64,000 nucleotides of DNA from Octopus bimaculoides (GCF_001194135.2 NC_068981.1:2582242-2646241); one strand, 5' to 3'. Positions 21,311 to 34,222 are shown, numbered from the stretch's first letter. Notes: generated by a model not told the origin, from the letters alone. Program-made: numbers and translations.

Positions 21311-23510
21311 CAAGTGAATTACAAGAGTAAAAATTTGGCATTAATTTGCACCAATGTGAAGCGAATTTTGTCAAACACAACAGTCTAGGTTATAAACATT
21401 AATTCAAGATCTAAAATTTTTCCTTTAATACATTCATCACCCCTGTCCATGTAGGGTTCATGTAATTAACCAAAACATAAAAGAAACTTCCCCCAAGGTG
21501 TGCATTTCAGACTAAAATTCATATATCACTGTCTGAATTAAACATTGCTTAATGGTTAACAAATACAAATTTATTCAATTGACACGACTATTTATTTAAC
21601 ACACTCTAAAAGGTAATATTGTATTGGCTTCATTGCTCGCAGCAGCCAAATACAATGGGAAAGGGGATTTTTTCTTTTACTTTTGTTTTCATTTTTCATT
21701 TTACTGTTATTCAAGAAATGGATGTATTCTAATACGAAAATTGTAAATTTTGGGGTTCTAGAGAAACAAAGAAAAAGTGATTTATATATTCAAGTCCCGT
21801 TCGTTTCTCTCCAGTTTTCTTGTTGTGTATGCACCTAAGTGTACATGAGGTATGAAAGAGAGTTCTTCCTCACCTCTCCTCTTACTCCACCTTTTTCTTC
21901 TGCAACACTAGGACAGCCCTGTTGGAACAGTCTTTTGACCAAATATTAATATTTTCCATTTTCTTTTACCATTATTCAATGTATCATTCCTGTTATAAGA
22001 CAACAGGCTGTGATTTGTGGAAGATTTAGCTGTTATTTCGAGCAGATACAGGAACCACACACAGGCACCCTCAATGGTTAGTAAGCCTTCTGCGTGAGGG
22101 TTATGGTTATGTAGTTGCTGTTTCAGATAAAACTCAGATAATCAGTATTCATATTTTTTTTATTCCTTTACTATTTTATACTTGTTTCAGTCATTGGATT
22201 GTGGCCATGCTGGGGCACCACATTTAACGTTTTAGTTGATATTTGTGTATTAATATAAAGGGATGCAATTCAAAGCACATGTCACACAAACATACACTCC
22301 TCCCATCATCATCATCATCATCATCATCACCATCAGCAGTAGCATCATTTAACGTCCACACACACATCATCATCTTCAGCATCACCATCATCAGCATCAT
22401 TTAACGTCCACCTTTCTTTGCCTTCATGGATCAAATGGAATTTGTTGAGGCATATTTTCTACAGCTGTCACCTCTTTCTAGGCAGTGAAATTTTTTTTTT
22501 CCCACAAGNNNNNNNNNNNNNNNNNNNNNNNNNNNNNNNNNNNNNNNNNNNNNNNNNNNNNNNNNNNNNNNNNNNNNNNNNNNNNNNNNNNNNNNNNNNN
22601 NNNNNNNNNNNNNNNNNNNNNNNNNNNNNNNNNNNNNNNNNNNNNNNNNNNNNNNNNNNNNNNNNNNNNNNNNNNNNNNNNNNNNNNNNNNNNNNNNNNN
22701 NNNNNNNNNNNNNNNNNNNNNNNNNNNNNNNNNNNNNNNNNNNNNNNNNNNNNNNNNNNNNNNNNNNNNNNNNNNNNNNNNNNNNNNNNNNNNNNNNNNN
22801 NNNNNNNNNNNNNNNNNNNNNNNNNNNNNNNNNNNNNNNNNNNNNNNNNNNNNNNNNNNNNNNNNNNNNNNNNNNNNNNNNNNNNNNNACCCACATTTTT
22901 CCCAGCCACATCTTTACCATATGGGGCCCTAACAAAATATGATAATAGGTATAGAAGCAAATCTATCTAATTACTTGTCTCCTTCTAAAATCAGGCAAAA
23001 CATGGCGGTCGGTCGACTTATAACACCGTTCTTCATCTTGAGTTTACTTGGTAGAGTGTGTTTGTTAACTTGACAACCAGGTCAAGGTGATCTCTCTTGG
23101 CTGTATGCAAATGAGTTCATTACTGGGGTCCTGAACTCTTGTGGGAAAAAAATTTCACTTCCAGGTACGCCAATATTTCTCCATGGCCAACATGAGTTTT
23201 ACAGAAGACTGGAAACAAACAACAATGCTTGTACGACTGTGATGGTCATTTACAATCTTCATGGGATCTCAAGACAAGAATCCACATACTAAATCCACTC
23301 ACAAGGCCTAGGTCGGTCTGGTGCTAAGACACATGCCCAAGGTGTCGTGCAGGGGGACTGAACTCGAGACCACATGGTCGGGAAGCAAGTTTCTTACCCA
23401 CGCAGCCATGCCTGCACCTATACATAAACACACACACACAAAATATTATGTAGGTAGGTAGGGTAAAATCCTGGTGGAGGTAAAGAATATGTACGTTTTC
23501 AGCATACTCA

Positions 23511-23607
23511 TAACCCTAACCCTAACCCTAACCCTAACCCTAACCCTAACCCTNNNNNNNNNNAACCCTAACCCTAACCCTAACCCTAACCCTAACCCTA
23601 ACCCTAA
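23511..23607 (-). repeat. Interstitial (TTAGGG)n array with a 10-N gap
   Basis: Perfect taaccc units on the plus strand. Confidence 0.95.
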
Positions 23608-24019
23608 ACACCGGAAATAGGTGGTGTGCATATTCTTTACCTTTGCCAAAATCCCTACTGTTTCCTCTTGAAGCACTTCTGCTTATTCCATTATTACAAT
23701 CCAGTATGTAATTACTGGATTGCAATGTTGTTGTATTGATGAAAGGTTCTTTGTCTGAAGAATTTCTCATCAAATTCCTTACATGTCTATTTAACATGTA
23801 AAGCTTTGTAATTCCTATTAGCAAATGAAACATGTGTAATGGTGAATAAATAATACACCAACATTTTTCAATTTCCTTTTTCATTATACACAAAAACATA
23901 TAAATAAATAAATGGATCTCAGAATCTCTGTCCACATGTATTCAAATGATTGATCAACTTAACTACCAGGCTAGTCAAATTAGTGTATAAGTACTTGAGT
24001 ATTGTATGGAAAAAAAAAA

Positions 24020-24540
24020 GTCTACTTCCCTACTCCATGGTTCCAGGTTCTGTTCTCTTGCATGGCACTTTAGACATGAGTCTTCTACAAAAGCCTTGAG
24101 ATGCCCAAAACCTTGTGAGTGGATTTGGCAGATGTAAAGTGAAAGAAGCCCATTCTGTGTGTGTGCGTGCACATGTCTGTGAATATATGTATGTGTGCAT
24201 ATGTGTGTGTGTGTGCACGTGTGTGTGTGTGCATGTGTGTGTGTGCATGTGTGTGTGTGTGCATGTGTGTATGTGCATGTGTGTGTGTGTGCATGTGTGT
24301 GTGTGCATGTGTGTGTGTGCATGTGTGTGTTAATGCATGTGTATGTGTGTGTCTACCCACCACTTGAGAACTGGTCTTGGTTTATTTATGTCTCCATAAC
24401 TTAGCAGTTTGGCAAAACAGACTGATAGAATAAGTACTAGGCTTACAAAAAAATATCTGTAGTGGGTCATTTTGTTTGACTAAAATCCTTCAAGGCAGTA
24501 CCTCAGCATAGCTTCAGTCCAATGACTGGACTAAGAAAAA
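24020..24540 (+). mobile_element. SINE family B with expanded (GTGCAT/GT)n interior
   Basis: Family match. Confidence 0.8.
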
Positions 24541-24704
24541 CACAAATGTTACTAACAGAAAAATAGACCTCTTCTGATCTAGTTTGTAGAATGATGCAGT
24601 AATCACTACACAGCACTCAGTTTATAAATACAAATGGAAACGGGACAACCTCCAGCATGACATATATAGCAAATCTTAGTTTAAAAGATCAATGAACACA
24701 AATA

Positions 24705-25005
24705 TTGCCATCAGGATACAGGACCAGATACTGCTTGGGTTTCAAGGGCCTACAGCTCTTCAATATCCTCCTGAAAGACCTACATGGGGTAGATGTAGGT
24801 GTCTTCAAAACAAAACTGGATTTCTTCCTGTGAAGAGTTCCAGATGAATCTACCTAATGCATATGAGAGTAGCAGCATCAAACTCCCTCATTTACCAAAT
24901 ACCACATATCAGAAGAGGTTTCAATTTGTGGAATTGTAGCAAAACTAACAGTGGTGCCCCAGCATGGCCATGACTTTCAAGCTGAAATTAGTTAAAGAAA
25001 GTAAA
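24705..25005 (+). mobile_element. CR1/L2-clade LINE 3' end
   Basis: LGFKGLQLFNILLKDLHGVDVGVFKTKLDFFL*RVPDE...AASNSLIYQ followed by the tail ggtgccccagcatggcc...gaaagtaaaag. Confidence 0.75.
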
Positions 25006-25358
25006 AGAAAAAATATTGCATTAAAATGTTTGTGAGAACGTACGTAGTTATTGCATGTTTTTCAATTGCATAATATATGCAGAAATGTTCAGGTCAGTGG
25101 AATAATTTCTGTTGAAGAGTTAAATGAATGCCAGCAAATAAAAGGCTGACAGTAGAGAGAAAAGTCAGATAACCTATTTGTATTTAAACTGGTGGAAATT
25201 ATTCCATCGAGGTTAAATTATGGACTAATTTCTAACAAAGAGAGATCGCCATATAAGGCAGCTTATCATGACTACTGGTGGTCATCAAGAGAGCCAGCAC
25301 AGACATTTTATTTCTGTTTAAATAACCAAAAGGTGGCTTAACAAACTGTTAGTTTCTT

Positions 25359-25585
25359 TTTTTTTTTTTATTGCCCACAAGGGGCTAAACATAGAGGGGA
25401 CAAACAAGGACAGACAAAGGAATTAAGTCGATTATATTGACCCCAGTGTGTAACTGGTACTTAATTTATTGACCCCGAAAGGATGAAAGGCAAAGTCGAC
25501 CTCGGCGAAATTTGAACTCAGAACGTAATGGCAGATGAAATACCGCTAAGCATTTTGCCCGGCGCGCTAACGTTTCTGCCAGCTC
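25359..25585 (-). mobile_element. SINE family A (tail type 1) with poly(A) and 15-bp TSD
   Basis: TSD aaactgttagtttct at 25344-25358 and 25592-25606. Confidence 0.9.
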
Positions 25586-25800
25586 AAACAGAAACTGTTA
25601 GTTTCTGTTTGATCAAAACTTCTGATTGACTGAAGTTGTGTGTGCATTAAAATGGTGACAGTGAAGTGCTGTTTGCATAAATTTGCTTCTTAGATTGCTA
25701 AGAAGTACCAGTCAATAAGGACGTACATAGAATAACAGATAATACAGGTAAGAAAAACCAAGTGAAAATGCAAAATTAACTTTTGTGAATGATTAAAATA

Positions 25801-26645
25801 TTAGGTTGTCCAGAAAGTTCTGAGCGTTTTTAAGCTAAGTCTTTTAACACGTTATTGAACACACCTGAAACGTAACACAGTTAAAACTTTGGCGTCGCTT
25901 GAAGTGGAAGTGCATCTCTTCTTTGTTCCTGACTGAAAATAGATTTATCTTTCATTCCAGTTACCCTTTATTGACATTTGAAATGGATAACCAAAAATTT
26001 CATATTCGCATTGTAATGCTTTTCTTTCTTAAAAAAAAAAGGAGAAAATGCTGCAAAGACTTGTAAAAACATTTGGGAAGTTTATGGTGATGATGCTGTA
26101 GGTAAATCAACTGTTCGAAGGGGGTTTGCAAAATTTAAGCCTGGAGAGTTTAGTTTGGGAGATGAAAGTCATAGTGGAAGACCTTCAAAATTGGATGAAG
26201 ATGTTCTGAAGGCAAAAATCGAAGAAAACTCAAATATCACGATTAGAGGACTTGCAGAGTTGGAAGTTTCTAAAAGTATGATTCATGAACACCCAGTGAA
26301 GCTAGGATACATTTCTCGCTATAATGTATGGGTCCCTCACAAACTCTCAGAAAAGAATTCCTTGGACCGGTATTCCGTTTATGATATGCTTTTGAAACAG
26401 AATAAAAGCATGCCTTTTTTGAAACAACTTGTGACTGGAAATGAACAACAAATAGTGAACAAAAATGTAGTGTGGGAAAGATCATGGAGTTTGGATAAGG
26501 ATCCTCCAAAACAGCAACCAAAGACAAATATCCATGTCAAAAAAGCTATGCTTTGTGTTTGGTAGGATAATAAAGACATTATTTATTATGCGCTTCTCCC
26601 ACAAAACCAGACCATTAATTCTAATGTGTATTGTTGTCAGTTGGC
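25801..26645 (+). mobile_element. Mariner transposon, decayed (5' TIR plus N-terminal two thirds of transposase)
   Basis: TA followed by TIR ttaggttgtccagaaagttc. ATG 25983 reads MDNQKFHIRIVML..., with WVPHKL, VTGNE (first catalytic D mutated) and KAMLCVW* motifs. Frameshifted, and truncated at a SINE. Confidence 0.92.
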
Positions 26646-27224
26646 ACACACACAATTACATTCGTAAATAAATATACGATGGGCTTCTTTCAGTTTCCAT
26701 CTTCCAAATCCACTCACAAGGCTTTAGTTGGCCTGAGGCTAGAGTAGAAGACACTTGCCAAAGGTGTCACGCAGTGGGACTGAACCCAGAAGCCATGCAG
26801 TTGGGAAGCAAGCTTCTTACCACACAGCAGCAAACAAAGAATGTATAAATTCAGAATTCATCTCCAAGAAGAAAGTAGTAGAATGATGACAGTGATATAC
26901 ACAAAGTTGTGCAACAAACAGAAGGAAACGAAATACAGCACCATGCAATCTTTAAGAAAAATATTTCAACTTCCAGAACTGATATTATGAAAATCAAATT
27001 TAATTTATTTCATTTTCTTATTCCATTTTATTCCAGCAGGAAGAGGTCATTTTAAGACCTCTTCATGCTGGAAAAAAACAGTCAAAAGAATTAAAACCTA
27101 AAAGGTGGTGCACCAGCATGACCGCAGCCACTTGGCTGAAACCCATAAATAAATAAATAAATATATATAAGGAACGAAGCCAGTATGCTCCACTGGAAGC
27201 TTGCAAGGAATGAAGCCAGTATTC

Positions 27225-27540
27225 TCCGATGGATGTGTAATGTCAGTGTGCATACTAGACAGAGTGTAAGTACCTTGAGAGAAAAGTTGGACCTAAGAAG
27301 CATCAGATGTGGTGTGCAAGGGAGACAACTGCACTGGTATGGTCATGTGTTGTGAATGAATGAGGACAGCTGTTTGAAAAAGTGTTACACCCTAGCGGTT
27401 GAGGGAACCTGTGGAAGAGGTAGACTCAGGAAGAGCTGGGATGAGGTGGTGAAGCTTGACCTTCGAACATTAGGCCTCACCGAAGCAACGACTAGTGACT
27501 GAGACCTTTGGAAATATGCTGTGCTTGAAAAGACCCGGCA
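27225..27540 (+). mobile_element. RTE LINE ORF C-terminus
   Basis: LREKLDLRSIRCGVQGRQLHWYGHVL...EGTCGRGRLRKSWDEVVKLDLRTLGLTEATTSD*DLWKYAVLEKTR. Confidence 0.88.
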
Positions 27541-27806
27541 CTTTCTTCCTGTTTCTGTTGTGCCTGTATTTCAAAGGGGCCAGCCTTGTCACACTGTGTC
27601 ACGCTGAATATCCCCGAGAACTATGTTAAGGGTAAATATGTCTGTGGAGTGCTCAGCCNNNNNNNNNNGCTGAATATCCCCGAGAACTATGTTAAGGGTA
27701 AATATGTCTGTGGAGTGCTCAGCCACTTGCACGTTAATTTCACAAGCAGGCTGTTCCATTGATTGGATCAACTGGAACCCTCATCTTCGTAACCGACGGA
27801 GTGCCA
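27541..27806 (+). mobile_element. 5'-truncated SINE family C copy (spans a small gap)
   Basis: Matches the 3' half of the 32958 copy. Confidence 0.8.
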
Positions 27807-28294
27807 TGATGTATGTATGTGTGGGTATGTATGTGTATGTATGTATATATATGTGTGTATGCGTGTGCATATATATATGTATATCAACATATATATGCAT
27901 CCACATCCACGTGCCTAATTCATATGTGCGAATTTTGTGAGGTTTATTTTGGTGTATGTGTGTGTGTGTGTATGTGTGTGTGTGTATGTGTGTGTGTGTA
28001 TATGAGTGTGTCTATGTGTGTCTAATGACATGCACAAGATTTATTTTTTTCTTTTTCCCTCTTTATTTCTTTTCTTATTTATATATATATTTGCTTATTG
28101 AACACCATAACAGGCGAAATTTTTTAATTATCCATGCGACATTATTATAATTCATTCTAGAACATTCCATAGGGAAATATATTTATTTATCAACAGCTAT
28201 ATAAACTAACAGGCCTTTAACCCGCGACTAGTTTGATAAGTGCCAACACATGAAACTCTCGGACCTTGAGTCTCTCTTACTTCTGCTAAATATT

Positions 28295-28486
28295 CGTTTC
28301 TACTCTAAGCAGAAAGCCCAAAATTTGTGGGGAGTGGGCCAGTCGATTAGATCGACCCCAGTATGCAACTGGTACTTAATTTGTCAACCCTGACCTTGGT
28401 GGAATTTGAACTCAGAACGTAAAGACAGACAAAACATCGCTAAGCATTTTGCCCAGTGGGCTAATGTTTCTACCAGCTTGCCGCCT
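28295..28486 (-). mobile_element. SINE family A (tail type 2)
   Basis: Family match. Confidence 0.8.
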
Positions 28487-29421
28487 TCTCATCATCATCA
28501 TCATCATCGTTTAACGTCCGCTTTCCATGCTAGCATGGGTTGGACGATTTGACTGAGGACTGGTGAAACCGGATGGCAACATTAATGAAAATATACATAT
28601 ACTCATATTTTGAGTTCCATTTTTCCTGTTCGCATCAACATACTTATATATACGTATTCATATNNNNNNNNNNNNNNNNNNNNNNNNNNNNNNNNNNNNN
28701 NNNNNNNNNNNNNNNNNNNNNNNNNNNNNNNNNNNNNNNNNNNNNNNNNNNNNNNNNNNNNNNNNNNNNNNNNNNNNNNNNNNNNNNNNNNNNNNNNNNN
28801 NNNNNNNNNNNNNNNNNNNNNNNNNNNNNNNNNNNNNNNNNNNNNNNNNNNNNNNNNNNNNNNNNNNNNNNNNNNNNNNNNNNNNNNNNNNNNNNNNNNN
28901 NNNNNNNNNNNNNNNNNNNNNNNNNNNNNNNNNNNNNNNNNNNNNNNNNNNNNNNNNNNNNNNNNNNNNNNNNNNNNNNNNNNNNNNNNNNNNNNNNNNN
29001 NNNNNNNNNNNNNNNNNNNNNNNNNNNNNNNNNNNNNNNNNNNNNNNNNNNNNNNNNNNNNNNNNNNNNNNNNNNNNNNNNNNNNNNNNNNNNNNNNNNN
29101 NNNNNNNNNNNNNNNNNNNNNNNNNNNNNNNNNNNNNNNNNNNNNNNNNNNNNNNNNNNNNNNNNNNNNNNNNNNNNNNNNNNNNNNNNNNNNNNNNNNN
29201 NNNNNNNNNNNNNNNNNNNNNNNNNNNNNNNNNNNNNNNNNNNNNNNNNNNNNNNNNNNNNNNNNNNNNNNNNNNNNNNNNNNNNNNNNNNNNNNNNNNN
29301 NNNNNNNNNNNNNNNNNNNNNNNNNNNNNNNNNNNNNNNNNNNNNNNNNNNNNNNNNNNNNNNNNNNNNNNNNNNNNNNNNNNNNNNNNNNNNNNTATAC
29401 AATATATAATATATATAAATA

Positions 29422-29470
<49 letters not shown>

Positions 29471-29939
29471 TATATGCCAGGCTTCCTCATAATTTCTGTC
29501 ACCAAAATTCATTCACAAACATTTGGTCAGCCCAAGGCTATAATAGAAGACACTTGTGTAAGTTGCCATGCATTGAGACTGAACCTGGAACCACATTTAT
29601 AAAAAGAAATTATGACAAAATAGAGAAAAGCCTGAATTCTATAATAAAATAAAATAAGATAGAAAATACAGAGGCAATTTGAGGAGTGCAAAGCACACAC
29701 ACACTCACACATACACTCATGAACACACAGACTTACATGCACACACATATATCACAAAGAGAAAAAATAGGTTGGAGAGGACAAATAGAAAAGTTTTATG
29801 AGCAGTTTTGGCTGGAAGTAGTTTCTTTTGTCTCCTTTCCCTCCTAGTCTTTGTTCTGTTTTGTGAATATCATTAGCAAATGTCCACGTTTCAGTGTGGA
29901 CACGTGGTGAATAAGATTGACAAAGAGAACAAAATGTAT

Positions 29940-29980
<41 letters not shown>

Positions 29981-30240
29981 GATGGGGAAGAAAGAAATAC
30001 AAAAAATATTTAGATAAAGGAAAGGAAGAAATCTCAGCACTGACGTAAGCAAATTGTTTGACAGATTTCTTTTTCAACCACCAATAACATGACTTAAAAT
30101 AAAAGATATTTTGTAATTGCATCGATTAGAATCAGCTAACTTTATTTATGACAAGGCATTAGGAACTCTGTATTTAGAAGAAATGGAAGTTGTGATGTGG
30201 TTTTTCTAAGGTCATTAACAACAAAGGCATAGTGTACCGC

Positions 30241-30455
30241 AAGCCAGTGAGCTGGGGGGAATCGTTAGCATGCTGGGCAAAATGATTAACAGCATTTCAT
30301 CCAGCTTAACATTTTGAGTTCAAATTCTGCCAGGGTTGACTTTGCCTTTCGTCCTCTCAAGGTGAATAAAATAAGTTCCAGTTGAACACTGGAAGTCAAT
30401 GTAATTGGCTCATCCCCACTTCTCTAAAGCTGTCCTTGTGGCAAAAATTTGAAAT
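30241..30455 (+). mobile_element. SINE family A, diverged
   Basis: Family match; further partial copies at 30733-30900, 31155-31280, 40230-40320 and 59545-59635. Confidence 0.75.
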
Positions 30456-32599
30456 AATAATAATAATAACTGGGCCCCACCTGCGAGGTCATGCGCTGTT
30501 TATCTTGATATGAGATCACCATGTTGCACACATATGGTTGGGATGCATGTACCTGGTGTACCCTTATCAGACGAGTAGTCATGATGGGTATAATGGGCTT
30601 CGGATATTTTACCCCAGTGTCACTTTGATGGCATGCACTGCTATCTCACTCAATAATAATAATAATAATAATTATTATTATCATTATTATTATTATTATT
30701 ATTATTATTAGTAGTAGTAGTAGTAGTATTGTTAGGGTGGTGAACTGGCAGCATGTCATCCATCTTTACAATCTGAGTTCAAATTCTGCTGAGGTTGACT
30801 TTGCCTTCCGTCCTTCCAGGGTTGATGAAATAGGTACCAGTTGCGTACTGGGGTTAATGTAATTGATTTACTCCCTCCCCCGAATCTGCTGGCCTCGTGC
30901 ATCCTTATACCTTGAACAGGCTGAATGGGGACACTAGCTTCCTTGTTCAAGGTATAAGGAAGCATTTGTGCATCGGTAGCCAGCTGGAAAAGATGTTTTC
31001 CTGAGGCTAAAAGAAGGTAGTGACATTGTCCTAATTAGGACTGCCACTTTACGTTGGCAACTAGATTTTACTCTGTTGTACTGTTACTACTTGCTTCTCA
31101 CTCAGAGATTTAAAACTAATTGTTTTCCTCTTTAATATTTACAGTTTTAGTTGCTGATATCGACTTTGCTTTTCATCTTTTGGGGTCGATAAATTAAGTA
31201 TCAGTTGCATACTGGGGTCAATCTAATCGACTGCACCACTCCCCCAAAATTTCGGGCCTTGTGCTTAGAGTAGAAAAGAATATGTACAATTTTATCAAAA
31301 AATGCTACTGGTTTCAATATGTTTAAAAAAGATTTAGTCTTGAAGAAAACCACATGAACTTCTAATATATTTCAATTCATTTTCCCTTCTCATAGCATGA
31401 CAAAATTGATTCAAAAGCAATTGAAACCAGTGGCAAAGGAAGAATTTGATGGGGATGCAAAGGTCGGAGGAATCGGAACAGCTGGCAAGGGTGAATGGGG
31501 GGTGTTGGCATGGGCATGTGTTGAGGAGGGATGAGGAGAAAGTTCTGAGGAGGGTGCTTGTATATGATGTAAATGGAGTGTGAGAGTGAGGTAGACCGAG
31601 GAAAAAGTGGAGGGGACAGGTGGAGGAGGAGATTGGGAAGGTTGACTTGAGAAGGGAAGATGCCCAAAACTGGCAAGATGGCGAGATGGTGTAAGGGCAG
31701 TTGCTATGGCACCCCCATTAACAGGGACAAAATCCAGATTTAAAATACTGGATGATGTGATGATGATGATCTCCAGGTGTTGTTCAAATTGTTTGGCCCA
31801 AGTTTACCCAGATACAAGGTGACCATCCCACCATTATTTCTAGACTTAGCATATGACACTACATTGTGCAATGTACTCTTCTTTTGTTAAGATAGCAGCT
31901 AGAGTGTAATTTGAGAGAGATTTGACTGTTGTTTCTAGCAGAAACTCTTGTCTTTAAGTGAGTAAGTAACGAGGAGTCTCATGCAGTTGAGAAGGGTCAC
32001 CATAGATTTGAAGACTCTAAAGACTCGTCATGACCACGGGTTCATACCAGAACCATGACTAATTGAGGAAGCAGAAATAAAGCACATATGATTCATAAGA
32101 GAACAGGAAATTGAATTGTTGTAGCTGTGATAGCATGAGTCACTTAAGAGCTCTTTGCTGAGAAGAGCTGGAGAAATGGAGGAGAAATAAAGGAAGTGGA
32201 AAGCGGTCTGCAGAGAACCATTGACTATGGCTCCAAAGGTATGTGATTCCAGTAACATTACTTCCTGCCCCACCAACTGCAACTCTGAGAGTGGCTGGAA
32301 AAATATTCTTCACGTTCCCAGAAAAGAACAATGATGAGCTTCTCCCACCTTCGGTATTACCACTTTTTTGTCCAGTGATGAACATCAGGTGACTGGAAGA
32401 GAACAAAAAAAGGGCAGCAAAAAAAAAGAAAACCAGCAAAAAAGAAGAATGACTTTCAACAGAAGGTCCTCAAAATGAGTGAAGAGATCTCACCCTTCTT
32501 GAGACATTGTCAAAGATTCAAACGCATTAACAATGGGTATATAATGAGAAAGACCATAAGTGTGGGTTTCATGTTTAAGAATGAAATGTTATCTTGTTT

Positions 32600-32935
32600 C
32601 GCTGCCTCATTGTTTTGCCACAACTTATAATGGTTTTGGGAAAGTCTAGGGTATTCGTTGATGATATGGATAATGGTTTTATCAACTTTGTTACAAATTT
32701 GGCACAGTGGAGCCACTTGTTCATTCCTAAGGTCGATCCTCTAATTTATGGCCAAAGCTTGGTTTTGTGTTGCCAGTCTCTTTCTTCAGTGTTCCTTTCT
32801 TTACCTGGTCCCACCTATGTTCTCCAGCAACTTCAGTTGTGGTTACATGGAATTGATTGTGCATTTGTGTAGTCCCTTCTTACATAGTACTTCTTCATGT
32901 CCTCCTTGTACTCCTTGTTTAGTTCTTTTCTTTTT
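32600..32935 (-). mobile_element. R4/Dong-like fragment (CCHC zinc-knuckle region)
   Basis: KKGTLKKETG...QAL...PLCQICNKVDKTIIHIINEYPRLSQNHYK, matching the C-x2-C...H-x4-C then YK..RHD pattern in decayed form. Confidence 0.7.
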
Positions 32936-32957
32936 TCCTGCTTTAAATATGTCTTCA

Positions 32958-33344
32958 GTGGAGGCGCAATGGCCCAGTGGTTAGGGCAGTAGACTCGCGG
33001 TCATAGGATCACTGTTTCGATTCTCAGACTGGGCGTTGTGAGTGCTTATTGAGCGAAAACACCTAAAGCTCCACGAAGCTCTGGCAGGGGATGGTGGCGA
33101 ACCCTGCTGAACTTTTTCACCACAACTTTCTCTCACTCTTACTTCCTGTTTCTGTTTTACCTGTATTTCAAAGGGCCAGCCTTGTCACACTGTGTCATGC
33201 TGAATCTCCCCAAGAACTACGTTAAGGGTACACGTGTCTGTGGAGTGCTCAGCCACTTGCACGTTAATTTCACGAGCAGGCTGTTCCGTTGATCGGATCA
33301 ACTGGAAACCCTTGTCGTCGTAACCGACGGAGTACCAACCAACC
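32958..33344 (+). mobile_element. Full-length tRNA-derived SINE (family C) with TSD
   Basis: A-box tggcccagtggttagg, B-box-like gtttcgattc, TSD aaatatgtc(t/c)tca at 32945 and 33345. Confidence 0.9.
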
Positions 33345-33587
33345 AAATATGTCCTCATCTCTAACTGCCCCTAATAATGTTTACTCACTTTGATTTAGAT
33401 ATCTCAGCAAGTCCCCAAGTTTGATATGCATGCTGTCTTCCACATTTATCAGTCCCCTTGCTCCATTTGCTCTCTTCATGTAAAGGCAATCAGTGTCAGC
33501 ACATGGAGGATGGGCTCCATGCATTGTTAGAAGCTTCCTTGCCTTCCTCTCTAACTCCTTTAGCTCCTCCTCTGTCCACTTCAGAAT

Positions 33588-33735
33588 GCTGCTGATGCTG
33601 CTGTTGTTGTTGTTGTTGTTGTTGCTGCTGTTTTTGCTGCTGCTGCTGCTGTTGTTGTTGTTGTTGTTGCTGCTGTTGCTGCTCTTGTTGTTGCTGCTGT
33701 TGTTGTTGTTGTTGTTGTCGTCGTCGTCATCATTA
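33588..33735. repeat. Compound (CTG)/(TTG)/(TCG)/(TCA) trinucleotide tract
   Basis: Direct reading. Confidence 0.95.
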
Positions 33736-34176
33736 TGATTACAGAAATGAATATTATTGTGAAATGGATTTTCATTATTTAAAAGATAAAAATTATTCTA
33801 CATTAAATATTGAATGAAAAATGATAAAACTTCTTCATTAATGCACATTTACTTTTTACAGTCACAATTGCTTTATTCGAAACAGGTCAAGCAAGTTTGT
33901 TTTTTTTCTAAACCATTTTCAATCATTTTATTTTTACATGTCTTTTTCTCACCACCTTGATTTTTCTGTCTGGAATTTGATCTGCACTTCCCAGCACCCT
34001 GCATTGACGTAACACTGACTGAAATATGACTGGTTCTGGGCTCCCAGGTGGCTGAGTTTGTTTCACTATTAGAAAGTGTCCAAAAGATGTAGTTACAGCA
34101 CTCAACAATATAACACACAAATGAATGTATGAGACATTACGAACCCTGGGAGATGGTTTGACTGATGGACAACAGA

Positions 34177-34222
34177 CAATGACAGATGACAGATGACAGA
34201 TGACAGATGACAGATGACAGAT
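34177..34222. repeat. (ATGACAG)n heptamer tandem repeat
   Basis: About six consecutive units. Confidence 0.9.

Noticed and set aside
23511-23607. True telomere or fusion point
   Set aside because: The array is short, single-orientation, internal, and enclosed by inverted repeats
27601-27725. Direct 56-nt repeat within SINE C (similarly 8600-8750 and 36150-36310)
   Set aside because: The duplicates flank small N gaps and are most likely overlapping contig ends
32958-33040. tRNA gene-like sequence (also heads of SINE A and B)
   Set aside because: A/B-box heads continue into multi-copy SINE bodies with tails and TSDs, so they are not tRNA genes
33493-33775. Poly-Leu / poly-Thr-Ala ORFs resembling a signal or mucin domain
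   Set aside because: Trinucleotide microsatellite with non-coding flanks
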